In this document: one piece after another, positions 27,893 through 37,529 of the stretch
Position numbering within the stretch: position 1 is the first letter of the stretch
Layout of the letters: each line of letters starts with the position of its first letter
Notes under the pieces: generated by a model
Database searches by the model: none
Told to the model about the DNA's origin: nothing
Seen by the model: the letters and a program-made list of their open reading frames with translations, nothing else
Translations under genes and position numbers: made by a program
NCBI GenBank assembly: GCA_040753875.1
Contig: JBFMDV010000024.1
Span: 15,970-79,969 of the forward strand
DNA length: 64,000 nt
Reading direction: 5' to 3'
Source of the DNA: Candidatus Zixiibacteriota bacterium
GTDB lineage: Bacteria; Zixibacteria; MSB-5A5; GN15; FEB-12

Positions 27893-29059
27893 ATGCCCAA
27901 GCTTCTGAGTTACTCCTACAAGAACAGCTTCGCACGGAAACTGACATCGATTCTGACTTTGTCCGGCATCGGCCTGGTGGTCTTTGTCTTCAGCGCCGTA
28001 TTGATGCTGTCGAACGGTCTCGAGAAGACACTGGTAGCCACCGGGTCGGACAGCAACGTGATAGTCGTCCGCAAGGCCGCCAACACGGAGCTTGTATCAC
28101 TTGTCAGCCGAGCACAGGCGGATGTCGTCAAGACCGACGCGGGTGTCGCGCGTGCGGCGGATGGAACGCCACTGTTTGCCAACGAGATCCTCGTACTCAT
28201 CAGCCAGCCAAAACGCTCGAACAATGAGATTTCAAACGTCCCTGTCCGTGGTGTGGGCGAGGGCTCATTCAAGATTCGGCCGGCAGTGAAACTGGTCGAG
28301 GGCCGCATGTACCGCCCCGGCACCTCGGAGATCATCGCCGGAAAGAAAGTCGCCGAGACGTTCCAGGGTTGCGGTCTGGGTGAGACGGTGCGCTTTGGCT
28401 CGCGCGACTGGACGATCGTCGGCCTCTTCGAGGCAGGCGGATCCGGATTTGAATCGGAACTGTGGGGTGATATCGACCAGTTCCTGGCGGCGTTCGAGCG
28501 TCCGGTATTCTCCTCGCTGACATTTGCTATCGATCCCGGTCACTCGCTGTCGGAGATCGAGAACCGGCTGGAGAATGATTCACGCCTGACGGTCGACGTG
28601 ATGTCGGAGAAGGAATACTATCGCCTGCAATCGGCCACTTTCGCCACCTTCATCAATATCCTCGGGGTCGCTATCTCCGTGATATTCTCGCTCGGCGCGA
28701 TTGTCGGCGCCATGATCACCATGTACGCGGGCGTGGCCAACCGCACGATAGAGATCGGAACGTTGCGCGCGTTGGGGTTCTCGCGCAACTCCATCCTGGG
28801 AGCGTTTCTATTTGAATCACTCTTCATTGCCGTCGTTGGCGGATTGGTCGGTATTTCGCTCGCATTCCTTCTACAATTGGTCGAGGTTTCCACGACCAAT
28901 TTTGATACGTTCGCCGAGCTCGCATTCTCATTCCGCATGTCCCCAAGGATCGCCCTGTCATCGATGATATTCTCAGTGATCATGGGGCTACTCGGTGGTT
29001 TCCTGCCGGCTGTGCGGGCATCACGACTGCGCATTGTTCAGGCACTGAAGACGCGGTAA
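27893..29059 (+). CDS. ABC transporter permease (FtsX/MacB_PCD type), second copy
   Basis: Same architecture as the preceding permease (NRTIEIGTLRALGFS). ATG at 27893 is preceded by GAGGAAA. The track start at 27875 overlaps the upstream stop. Confidence 0.85.
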   Translation: MPKLLSYSYKNSFARKLTSILTLSGIGLVVFVFSAVLMLSNGLEKTLVATGSDSNVIVVRKAANTELVSLVSRAQADVVKTDAGVARAADGTPLFANEILVLISQPKRSNNEISNVPVRGVGEGSFKIRPAVKLVEGRMYRPGTSEIIAGKKVAETFQGCGLGETVRFGSRDWTIVGLFEAGGSGFESELWGDIDQFLAAFERPVFSSLTFAIDPGHSLSEIENRLENDSRLTVDVMSEKEYYRLQSATFATFINILGVAISVIFSLGAIVGAMITMYAGVANRTIEIGTLRALGFSRNSILGAFLFESLFIAVVGGLVGISLAFLLQLVEVSTTNFDTFAELAFSFRMSPRIALSSMIFSVIMGLLGGFLPAVRASRLRIVQALKTR

Positions 29060-29061
29060 GG

Positions 29062-30666
29062 TCAGAGTAACATCTGACGTTTGCGTCCGGCTACGGCTGC
29101 AACTGCTAACGTCACCGTTATGAGCGCGAACGCCAGCGAGATGGTTGGGGCCACTGTTGGTGTCGCACCCATGAAGTCCAGAAACGGTACCTGGTTCATG
29201 GGGCCGATGTACCAGAGTACTACGTAGAGCGCTTCGAACAACAGGGCCCGCCCGGTACAGACACCCGCGGCCAGCGCCAGGGTGGGAACAAACAGCACCC
29301 CCACGCCCCACGCAAAGACACTGGTCAACTCCCCGGCGACAATAAAGCGAATGGCCATTCCGCAGCCGGCTGCTGCCGCCACGAGTGCCCCCGTCACCCA
29401 CATGGCGGGCAATTGACACCCAAGAGACTCTGGCGCGGAGAAAATGAGCTGTTCCGTCCGGTGCTTGGTCTCTCGGGTACCCAGGCAGGACCAGATGGCT
29501 ACCGGCCAGATCCATGCGAGTGGATAGAAATACTGCCGCGCTACGGAGATTGGCGTCACCAATGTCAGGATGATCAGGCCGGCCATCACCAGATACCACC
29601 ACCGATCGACTCCTTTGAGAGCGAGCCGGACTTCAGCGCGGAGAAGCGACAGGAATTTCGGCCGGCACGCAATGAATAATGGAGTCAGGTTGACATGCGC
29701 ATTGACCGAGGGGATTGCGACAGGTTCTTCAGATTCTCTCTCATCTCTTTTCACGCGGCCGCGTGGAGAGACCGTCAAGGACTCGAATCGCCGGAAGATG
29801 GGCGTGGCACACACCACGATGACCATCGCCAATACAACCCACACCAGTCGCTCGAGAATTATTCCACTCGTCCAGTCCATCCCATTCCAGACAAACGTGC
29901 GAGTCGACTCCCCCCGCGTATTGTCGAGTATCTGTACCCCCAGCGACATGTTCGTAAAGGTCTCCCCGGTTGCATCGGTGGCCTTGCGTATCATGTCGGC
30001 AAACAAGCGAGTAATGCCGGGCGGATCATTCATGGGCACCAACGAAACGTTCGGATTCCCCGAGGGCAACAGTGCCAGGACCAGTATGAAATTCCACAGG
30101 AAGAAATATGCCACATTGCCCGCGGCGCCCCGGAGCCCGGGCGTCACTTCAAACAACACGGCGATCGACGAAACGACCAGCAGGTAAGGCAGCGCCATGA
30201 TAAGTGAGGGCGCCACGAGATGCCAGATGTTTAGATGAACATCTTCGGCGCGAATGAGCTGTGTTACCAATGTGCTGACCAGTAATGCGCATACGACAGA
30301 ACACAGGACTGAGAAATTGCTGAGCATTTTCCCGCACAAGTATTGGAAACCAGTCATGCGGGTCGACGCCAGCACTTGAGCCACTCTGGTGTCGCGATCG
30401 CGCGCGACGGCATTGCGCACGAGATAGAACCCGATAAGCGAAAGGAAGGTCGAACTCATGAGCGAGAAGACGGCGCCAATCCAGGCCGAATTGTACACGC
30501 CACGCAGATTGCCGAGCGCCACTGTCACATAGCCGGAGTTGGATGCCGGTGCAAACAAGTATCCGACGTACAGGCTGAGCACGAGCACGATGAGAAAGCC
30601 CGGTCGACGAACCCGTTCGAGAAAGTCGGCCCGTGCGATATGAAAAAGCACCGGCAGCGTACTCAT
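29062..30666 (-). CDS. multi-pass membrane protein, probable ABC-2-type permease partner
   Basis: About 534 aa from the internal ATG at 30666, which forms an ATGA overlap with the upstream ATPase stop. There are at least 10 hydrophobic segments. The track start at 30867 lies inside the ATPase gene. Confidence 0.65.
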   Translation of the reverse strand: MSTLPVLFHIARADFLERVRRPGFLIVLVLSLYVGYLFAPASNSGYVTVALGNLRGVYNSAWIGAVFSLMSSTFLSLIGFYLVRNAVARDRDTRVAQVLASTRMTGFQYLCGKMLSNFSVLCSVVCALLVSTLVTQLIRAEDVHLNIWHLVAPSLIMALPYLLVVSSIAVLFEVTPGLRGAAGNVAYFFLWNFILVLALLPSGNPNVSLVPMNDPPGITRLFADMIRKATDATGETFTNMSLGVQILDNTRGESTRTFVWNGMDWTSGIILERLVWVVLAMVIVVCATPIFRRFESLTVSPRGRVKRDERESEEPVAIPSVNAHVNLTPLFIACRPKFLSLLRAEVRLALKGVDRWWYLVMAGLIILTLVTPISVARQYFYPLAWIWPVAIWSCLGTRETKHRTEQLIFSAPESLGCQLPAMWVTGALVAAAAGCGMAIRFIVAGELTSVFAWGVGVLFVPTLALAAGVCTGRALLFEALYVVLWYIGPMNQVPFLDFMGATPTVAPTISLAFALITVTLAVAAVAGRKRQMLL

Positions 30667-31544
30667 GCGCCGGCCCGCGCGCGATCGTGAGCGACATACC
30701 ACAAGTAGATATCTTCGAGTGTCGGTGTCGCCTGTTGCGCTCCGTCGCCAGGATCTTTGTCGGCCACCAGTCGGATGCGCAGAGAATCCCCGCGACGGAC
30801 GACTGCCGTCACCAGGAACTGTTTTCGAAGCGCCGGGAGGTCTCCTGCATGTGTGGTCATCTCCCACAGATTGCCGTCCACCGTGGCCAGAAGCTGATCG
30901 ACCGGAGCGCAGACAAGCAGCTTCCCTTGATTGATGAGAGCGATGTTGCCAGCTATCGATTCAACATCAGAGACGATATGAGTGGAGAGAATGATAATCC
31001 GCTCGCCGGACAGATCACTCAGCAGATTCCGAAAACGGACCCGTTCTTCGGGGTCGAGTCCGGCGGTGGGCTCATCGACGATGAGAAGCTTTGGATCGTT
31101 CAGAAGCGCCGACGCAATCCCTACACGCTGACGCATCCCTCCGGAGAAACCGCCAAGCGCCCGCTTTCTCACATCCTGGAGATTGACCAGAGTGAGCAGC
31201 TCGTCAATTCGACGCCTGGCCACAATCCCATGCAGTCCTTTGGTCGCCGCAAGGTACTCCAGGAACTCTTGTGCAGTCAGGTTGGGATAGACACCGAAAT
31301 CCTGCGGCAGGTACCCCAGTACCTGTCGAAGCTGATCCGGTTCAGTGATCGTGTTGATACCATTCCAAACGACCGTGCCTTCGGTTGGCTTGGTAACGGT
31401 GGCCAGAATTCGCATGAGCGTAGACTTGCCCGCGCCGTTCGGGCCCAGCAGGCCAAGCACGCCCGGACGAACGGTAAGACTGAATTCGCACAGTCCCCAG
31501 ACGTTCCCTCGGTAGCGCTTACTCAGTTGTTTGATCTCAAGCAC
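30663..31544 (-). CDS. ABC transporter ATP-binding protein (ABC-2/drug-exporter type)
   Basis: Walker A GPNGAGKSTLM, signature FSGGMRQRVGIA, Walker B LIVDEPTAGLD, plus a C-terminal accessory domain. Confidence 0.9.
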   Translation of the reverse strand: MLEIKQLSKRYRGNVWGLCEFSLTVRPGVLGLLGPNGAGKSTLMRILATVTKPTEGTVVWNGINTITEPDQLRQVLGYLPQDFGVYPNLTAQEFLEYLAATKGLHGIVARRRIDELLTLVNLQDVRKRALGGFSGGMRQRVGIASALLNDPKLLIVDEPTAGLDPEERVRFRNLLSDLSGERIIILSTHIVSDVESIAGNIALINQGKLLVCAPVDQLLATVDGNLWEMTTHAGDLPALRKQFLVTAVVRRGDSLRIRLVADKDPGDGAQQATPTLEDIYLWYVAHDRARAGA

Positions 31545-31695
31545 GAGGCACCTGGCCCCCTTTCACGGATTGGAAATCTATGGTATGATAATCTACGACA
31601 GAGGCAGGAGGTTTGTTGCCGTTTGGTGTCGAGGTTCGCTTCTAAAATGGAGCGGGTATAACCAGAATCTTTTCCGATCGCAACTGTGGTCGTAG

Positions 31696-33114
31696 TCAGT
31701 TGGGCCAGTGCGCGTTCACCAGATTCAGACCATCAGCTGAGATCTCGCAACCAGTGATGTCGCTTTCGCCAATCACCTGGTCAGTCTCATCCAGGAACTG
31801 GATATGGAGATCATAGGTACCGGTAGGAACCACAAAGTCAGCCACATAGACTCTTCCGGGGAGAAACTGCGCCGAGCGAAGGTCGGCGTTTTCGGATAGC
31901 TCAGTGCCAACATCGATGGCCGCTTTCTTGAGCCAACCGCCGAGACCACCGGTATCCGCCTTCTTCTTCATCTTATGTGTCGTCAGCCCCTTGGCCAGGC
32001 ACCGGGCAATTGTCTTGAAATAGATGAGTGATTTCTTCGCTTCAAATGTCTCCTGCGCCACCAGGTTCATATCCTCAAGCAGCTGGAGATCCCCAAGAAC
32101 AGCGTTACCGGAGAACACTCGGACCCGAGTCACTTGCGACGGTCGCACCTTCAGTTGCGGTATCGAGAACTTGAAGTAATAGTCTTCGGACACCTCGACA
32201 GGTAAATGACCGTATTCGACGTCGGCGGAATCCGGTCCATCATACATGATTTGCACGAGGTCGAGATCCTTATCGGTCCGAAGTCGCAAATTGAGTGCTC
32301 CCTTGACGGGACTGAGCCCGGTCAATGCCACAATGCTGAGAAGGGCTCCGCTGTCCGAACTGTATCGCACGTCCGGAGGCGCGAACGGATAGATATGTGG
32401 CTGCGTCCGGAAGGCGTCGAGCAGCGCCTCTCGGTCGATTCGGGCGTCATCCAGCTTGCCGTCGGCGGCATACAGATGCATGCTCAGGTACCGCGCAAAG
32501 GCATCGTTATTGAATCGGACTTCCTTGATCTCATAGGCGATGCGAGCCGACACGGTATCGGTAGTATCGCCGCGTTGATATTTGGCAGCAGCATCCGCAT
32601 ATTTCTGTTCAAGAAGCTGGAGTTTCTCGTTCGCGCGGCGAACTTCGACAAAGGCATCATCGAACTGATCCTTTGACAGGTAGTTGAGCGCTTTGATGAG
32701 GTTGGCATAGAGGATCTCGTAGTCTTCGCCGGCGTATTCCAGGACGTTATCGTTGAGCAATAACGATGCCGCTGCCCGCGATACGCTTTTGGTGAACAAC
32801 TCATCCGCAGCCAACTCCGCCTGATGCAGGCGTTCGGTGCTTGAGTCATATTGACTGGCGTAATGGTACAAGAGACCGGCGTCCAGGTAGTACAGGAGCC
32901 GGTCCTTGTCACCAAACATGCCGTTTTGCCTGGCGGTCTCAATCTGCGCCACGGCTGCGCCGTATTTGTGGACGCGCAGTTCGGCTGCGATTGGCTCGTA
33001 GAACTTGGTCTTGGTCGCCAGCGACGAGCAGCCCAACAGAACAAGAAGTCCCGCCGAGACAATGAACCCTATCGTGCGCCAAGCCCGAAACATATGCACA
33101 GCGGCGGCTACCAC
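31696..33114 (-). CDS. uncharacterised lipoprotein, partner of the LpoB-like gene (COG3014-like)
   Basis: Lipobox LVLLG-C. The helical/TPR-like N-terminal half (DRLLYYLDAGLLYHYASQYDSS...ILYANLIKALNYL) is followed by a beta-rich C-terminal half. It overlaps the lpoB-like stop by 7 nt. The family name is from memory only. Confidence 0.5.
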   Translation of the reverse strand: MVAAAVHMFRAWRTIGFIVSAGLLVLLGCSSLATKTKFYEPIAAELRVHKYGAAVAQIETARQNGMFGDKDRLLYYLDAGLLYHYASQYDSSTERLHQAELAADELFTKSVSRAAASLLLNDNVLEYAGEDYEILYANLIKALNYLSKDQFDDAFVEVRRANEKLQLLEQKYADAAAKYQRGDTTDTVSARIAYEIKEVRFNNDAFARYLSMHLYAADGKLDDARIDREALLDAFRTQPHIYPFAPPDVRYSSDSGALLSIVALTGLSPVKGALNLRLRTDKDLDLVQIMYDGPDSADVEYGHLPVEVSEDYYFKFSIPQLKVRPSQVTRVRVFSGNAVLGDLQLLEDMNLVAQETFEAKKSLIYFKTIARCLAKGLTTHKMKKKADTGGLGGWLKKAAIDVGTELSENADLRSAQFLPGRVYVADFVVPTGTYDLHIQFLDETDQVIGESDITGCEISADGLNLVNAHWPN

Positions 33115-33704
33115 TTCCGGCTGCCGCGCGAAATACCCTTCTTGATCTCTTTGCTGCCGATCCAGACTTTTTCGTTGGTCTCGATGTTGATGAGCTGGAG
33201 GTCCGTCTGGTAAAAGATGGCCTTGTTTTTCTCCTCCTGGTCGACAACCGACTTGACGGAGCCAGACAACAGGAAGTCGGCGCCCGTCTCTTCGCGCAGC
33301 TTTTTCATAGTCTCGCGCGATGCCGATTCCGCCTGGTCCATCCGTTCTTCACGTACCTCACCCCGTTCTTCTTTGGAGGCGACGAATTTTACTTTACCGG
33401 AGTTGAGCAGTTCGCGCTCGAAGTCCTTGGTGAACACTTCGGTGTCGATATGTTCGCTCGACAGATTGCGGATCGTCCCCACCGTCACCACCGGCTGGCG
33501 GCCGTTCTTGGCGACGAAGTCATACAGCCAAGGGCGGCCGACCGCGTCGGTGATCATTTCTTGCGCCACCATCCGCGAATCGGTGTCGTTCCAGTTGCCG
33601 CTCAGGTCTGTGACCGTTTCCGGTTCGAGACGTGTCACCTGTTTGGAGCTGCTGCAGGAAATCACCAGACAGACGACTGTTGCAAGACCCAATACCTTCT
33701 TCAT
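33108..33704 (-). CDS. lpoB: penicillin-binding protein activator LpoB-like lipoprotein (COG3417)
   Basis: Lipobox LVIS-C. The body (W.D.DSRMVAQEMI...VTVGTIRNLSSEHIDTEVFTK..ERELLNSGKVKFV...GADFLLSGSV...ETNEKVW) follows the LpoB/COG3417 pattern. ATG at 33704 has a GGAGGA SD. Confidence 0.7.
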   Translation of the reverse strand: MKKVLGLATVVCLVISCSSSKQVTRLEPETVTDLSGNWNDTDSRMVAQEMITDAVGRPWLYDFVAKNGRQPVVTVGTIRNLSSEHIDTEVFTKDFERELLNSGKVKFVASKEERGEVREERMDQAESASRETMKKLREETGADFLLSGSVKSVVDQEEKNKAIFYQTDLQLINIETNEKVWIGSKEIKKGISRGSRKW

Positions 33705-34017
33705 GTATCCTCCACACAATGGTTTGATTCTGTTCGCACCTTTCGCCCATGGCCGGTCAGGGAGTTCGGTCCATGAATTCCGAGGGTAATCATCACGAGA
33801 TTATATCGGCCGGGCTTCGGCCGTTCAACAACAATTGCAACAAGTAGAATCGAGCACCCGGGTTCAGGAAAATCGTTGACAAAATAGTCTCATTTGACTT
33901 ATTTTAAGAGTGAAATAGGCGACAATGGCCGGGTATCTAATCAACCAACGGGTGGCTATCCTGTCGCCGCGTCCGGCTTCGACTTTCTTAGCGTCATACA
34001 TCGATCGGAGGTTGTGT

Positions 34018-34893
34018 ATGGTCCGCTCTCTATGGAGACTGATTGTCGCCATGGTGGGGCTGCTGGTGCTGGGGGTTACGGCATCCGCTCAGTCCTACTT
34101 GAGTACTTGGAATACATATGGGGGTGGCACAAACGGAAGCGTCATGGCGCTCACCGTCTTTGAGGGTGATCTGATCGCAGGGGGGGCCTTCACCGTCGCC
34201 GGGGACGTGGCCTGCCGATCGGTTGCGCGGTGGAATGGCAGCAATTGGCAACCGATTGGCCTTGGACTGCACGCATCAGTTGAAGATTTTGCCGTTTATA
34301 ATGGCCAGTTGATCGCCGCCTGTGAGCCGAGCATTTACCAAGGAGAGTATGTCGACACGGTGACGTTTTTGGCACGTTGGGACGGTGCCAACTGGATCGA
34401 TCTGGGATTCGGCTCTGGTCAGGATTTCAATTGCCTATTGGTATGGGGAACAAAGCTGGTGGTTGGAGGACATTTCGACAGTGTGGCCGGCGTGCCCACA
34501 AACGGGGTGGCCATGTGGGACGGTGTCAGTTGGCAACCGCTCGGCACGGGGCTCGATGGTCGAGTGATGGCACTTGCGGATTACAATGGCGATTTGATTG
34601 CGGCGGGTTGGTTCAAAACCAACGGCAACGGAGATACTGTCAACTATGTCGCCCGATGGGATGGTGCCTCGTGGCAGCCCATGGGAGCTGGATTCGCCTG
34701 GTGGAGTGAATGCCTGGGTATCCATAACGGTCAACTAGTGGCCGGCGGGCATATTCGGCTTGGTCCAGATCATACTAACGGGACTGTCATGGTTTGGAAC
34801 GGATCCGACTGGGAGGTATTTGGTGGACTGCTGGATGAGCACGAGATTCCAGTGTCTGGAGTCATTCAACGGGGAGCTGGTCATAGGGACTAA
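34018..34893 (+). CDS. secreted beta-propeller-repeat protein (apparent N-terminal fragment of a disrupted gene)
   Basis: ATG at 34018 follows GGAGG. A signal peptide (LIVAMVGLLVLGVTASA) is followed by at least 5 repeats of the form ARW(D/N)G..W.(P/D)(L/I)G.G....V.AL..YNG.LIAGG. Confidence 0.6.
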   Translation: MVRSLWRLIVAMVGLLVLGVTASAQSYLSTWNTYGGGTNGSVMALTVFEGDLIAGGAFTVAGDVACRSVARWNGSNWQPIGLGLHASVEDFAVYNGQLIAACEPSIYQGEYVDTVTFLARWDGANWIDLGFGSGQDFNCLLVWGTKLVVGGHFDSVAGVPTNGVAMWDGVSWQPLGTGLDGRVMALADYNGDLIAAGWFKTNGNGDTVNYVARWDGASWQPMGAGFAWWSECLGIHNGQLVAGGHIRLGPDHTNGTVMVWNGSDWEVFGGLLDEHEIPVSGVIQRGAGHRD

Positions 34894-35089
34894 TTGGATC
34901 GATGGATATCGCTGGACCGGCACCGTCTGGGAGCCCTTGGGACTACACGATATCTATGCCATGACTGTCCATGACAACACATTAGTCGTCGGGGGCACTC
35001 TCAATACGACAGAGCTGCACCGGATTGCCGGCAAACCTTCGTTCGATGTTGATTCTGACGGCACTTAGGATTACTACGACAACTGCCCG

Positions 35090-35875
35090 TTGGAGCCAAA
35101 TGCTAATCAGTCAGATGCCGACGGCGACCACATGGGCGATGTCTGCGACTCTTGCTATGCCTGCGAAAAAACAGTCTACCTTCATCACGCGAACGGCCAG
35201 AAATCCGGCGACACGCTTTTTGCAGGAACGCCGGTTCGGTTTATATTTGCTTTGAGCGGGCTTGCTCAGAATACGGTCGTAGGGATAGTAAATGCACTTC
35301 GGATGTACACCCCGGACGGCGCCTCATGGTCGGCTCCCGTTATCGATTCGGTGAACGGTTGGCACAACTACTTCGATGCGGCGGCCGTCTTGCGCAGTTC
35401 GGTTCAGTCTGTGGGGAACGATAGCCTGTCGGCAGGCGGATTTGCCATCGCCTCTGGCGGTTGGCCCGCTGGACTGAACCAAGCGATCTATCACATCACA
35501 GCGGCATTCACGTCGACATCGAACGGCAAGCACGTGTGCATAGATTCGCTCATGAATTATCCACCGTACGACTTCAAAATTGGCGGGGGTAGTGTACCCC
35601 CGATTATACCATACTGGCCCGGTCCCTATTGCTTCACAATCTACGCCTGCGGCCAGGGACTGGCAGGGAATGTGGATTGCGATCCGAGCGACGTTGTCGA
35701 TATCGGCGATCTGAGTGCGATGGTGGACAGACTGTTCGTCACTCTTGAGCCGTTTTGTTGCTATCCAGAGGCGAATTGCGATAATGATGCGGCGGGTGAG
35801 GTCGACATCGGTGATGTCACCGCGCTTGTTGAGCACTTGTTTTTCGGGCAGCAGATTACTCGCAGTTGTGAATAG
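35090..35875 (+). CDS. TSP3-repeat / dockerin-like C-terminal fragment of the same disrupted gene
   Basis: The track ORF starts at TTG with no SD of its own. The sequence continues a thrombospondin type-3 Ca-binding repeat that is interrupted by TAG at 35066. It ends in the duplicated D-x-D...DIGDL..(M/L)V(D/E).LF dockerin-like module. Confidence 0.5.
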   Translation: MEPNANQSDADGDHMGDVCDSCYACEKTVYLHHANGQKSGDTLFAGTPVRFIFALSGLAQNTVVGIVNALRMYTPDGASWSAPVIDSVNGWHNYFDAAAVLRSSVQSVGNDSLSAGGFAIASGGWPAGLNQAIYHITAAFTSTSNGKHVCIDSLMNYPPYDFKIGGGSVPPIIPYWPGPYCFTIYACGQGLAGNVDCDPSDVVDIGDLSAMVDRLFVTLEPFCCYPEANCDNDAAGEVDIGDVTALVEHLFFGQQITRSCE

Positions 35876-35900
35876 AGTCTGAGTCTTAACAGACAGCAAT

Positions 35901-35942
35901 CGCCCCGGCCATCGAAATCGAGGCCGGGGCGTTCTATTTCTC
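35901..35942 (+). terminator. intrinsic terminator between convergent genes
   Basis: CGCCCCGGCC-(11 nt loop)-GGCCGGGGCG is followed by TTCTATTTCTCT. It lies between the + gene ending at 35875 and the - gene ending at 35943. Confidence 0.7.
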
Positions 35943-37529
35943 TCAGTGCTGCGCAAATCTTGGTCTTTGTTCACTGACTGCTTGATATGTGTCTCGCACC
36001 TTCAGCCACTCCGCAAAGTAAAGCATGCTCCCAAACTGCGGTTCATCCAGAATGCGCTCGACCAGCGGTTGGCTATCCACTGAGTCTGCATCAAGCCAGG
36101 AATAATAGTGGCCGGTGGCGCGAAGCAACATGGTTCGTGACATCCCTTCGGCGAGTGCCACAGTATCGTAACGCAACTGTGCGTAGTTGCCGGGGGCTGT
36201 CGAGTAGTACAGCGTGTCATTTGATACGAGCTTCAGCATGACATCGGTGCCGGTCTCGGAAGTGGCTGATGCCAGCCTCGCCGGCGTTACCATAATCGAT
36301 TCGTCCGGACCAAAATCGATACCGACATGATCCAGCCGCCAGAGATCGGCGCAGCTTTCGAGCTTGACTCTGACCGTGGCACCCGCAACATCGGCCAGGT
36401 TCAAGACCGCGAGGTTTGTGACTGTCGAACGGGGTCCGATCGGGGGAAGAACACCCTGAGTAACCCATCGGCCATCCATCCAGACCGACACCTGCAGGCC
36501 ACCCTCGCGCAGGAGCCAATTGACCAACCGTCGGCGCTCCAACGAGTCGGTATTCAGTTCATGATACCAGTCCAGCTTGCCCGGGCCACGGAGTGAGAAC
36601 AGCTTTTCCAGAGCGAAATATCCGAGGTTCGTCGCGCGAGCAGTGACTACCAGTTTGGCGGCTGTTGCCGTTTCGGGCTTCTCAAACTCACAAATGAGGC
36701 CATCACGTAAGCGCGTTATCGAGGAGTCGATATCCATTTGTCTCGTTTCCCAGAATCGGCCGTCTTGTGCCCTTATCTCATGCGCGGCCGGGCTGCCGTC
36801 GAGTCCAACCGCCATCGTCGGTCCATGAACATCCTGCACGGTGTGAAGTATGTTTCGAATATCGGGTATGATGCGTGTCCCATATGGATGGTCCGCAGCC
36901 AGCAATGCCAGTTCGTTCACATGCTGTGATTCGGGAGACTGGTTGGCCAGCGCCAGGCGATAGGCGCCGTCAACGATCGTCAGGTGCGCCAACGGCTCAA
37001 CCACCGTTCGCTCCAGACCGCGGCAGACCGAACCGGCAAAGGTCTCGGACTCGAATTGATACGACTTTCCATCATATGAGAACACATACGGACAGGAACC
37101 GCCTCCCCCACCCGAAACCGGATACGAGATTTCCACACCCACGACGCCAAAGCTGCCCGATCCGAGGGACTGGGCAGCACTGGCCGTTAGAAAACCAATG
37201 CAACCCCAGGCCAGCAGGTTGACCGCCGGGTCGATCTTGTTCGTTTGCACGATAGAGACGTCCGAAATCGGTATTGAGCCGGAGAAGAATTTCCCGGCGC
37301 TGTCGTGTGGAAATCTGAGCCCATAGCCTGTTATCCTCTTGGCCGTTACCGTACCCCGATCGAGCCGATAGGTTGTTCCGTCTTTCATCAGCAGTTCCAT
37401 TTTACCCGAATCGGTCTGCCTCAGGCGGGACGCAGGTACCGCCTGCAGGGTATGGATGCAACCGGACACCAGTCCTGCCACAATCAGGGCTGCCAACGTC
37501 GCACTAGCGATACACATCTTTGCTCTCAT
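35943..37529 (-). CDS. uncharacterised lipoprotein, paralog A (shares a ~400-aa domain with 39555..41528)
   Basis: Lipobox LVSG-C, followed by an N-terminal small beta domain, a hydrophobic/Gly-rich linker and a conserved body starting SCPYVFSYDGKSY. The ATG forms an ATGA overlap with the ketoacyl-synthase stop. Confidence 0.75.
   Translation of the reverse strand: MRAKMCIASATLAALIVAGLVSGCIHTLQAVPASRLRQTDSGKMELLMKDGTTYRLDRGTVTAKRITGYGLRFPHDSAGKFFSGSIPISDVSIVQTNKIDPAVNLLAWGCIGFLTASAAQSLGSGSFGVVGVEISYPVSGGGGGSCPYVFSYDGKSYQFESETFAGSVCRGLERTVVEPLAHLTIVDGAYRLALANQSPESQHVNELALLAADHPYGTRIIPDIRNILHTVQDVHGPTMAVGLDGSPAAHEIRAQDGRFWETRQMDIDSSITRLRDGLICEFEKPETATAAKLVVTARATNLGYFALEKLFSLRGPGKLDWYHELNTDSLERRRLVNWLLREGGLQVSVWMDGRWVTQGVLPPIGPRSTVTNLAVLNLADVAGATVRVKLESCADLWRLDHVGIDFGPDESIMVTPARLASATSETGTDVMLKLVSNDTLYYSTAPGNYAQLRYDTVALAEGMSRTMLLRATGHYYSWLDADSVDSQPLVERILDEPQFGSMLYFAEWLKVRDTYQAVSEQRPRFAQH

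Larger units (their letters stand above)
34018..35875 (+). pseudogene. disrupted gene: signal peptide + beta-propeller + TSP3 repeats + unknown domain + dockerin-like module
   Basis: Propeller repeats continue from frame 1 into frame 2 around 34840-34847 (FGGLLDEH | RFQCLESFNGELVIG). An in-frame TAG at 35066-35068 sits in an x position of D-x-D-x-D-G-x-x-D-x-x-D-N-C-P. It could equally be assembly or sequencing errors. Confidence 0.5.

Noticed and set aside
33925-34017. Upstream extension of the beta-propeller ORF, and similar N-terminal extensions in the track at 1154-2740, 4497-5087, 4997-5728, 29062-30867 and 41623-43017
   Set aside because: The extensions overlap neighbouring genes or lack signal and SD context. 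Internal starts give SD sequences, ATGA/GTGA coupling or proper signal peptides.
35066-35068. In-frame TAG as pyrrolysine or programmed readthrough
   Set aside because: No pyl genes or recoding signals are visible. A frameshift lies only about 220 bp upstream in the same gene. Mutation or assembly error is the simpler explanation.
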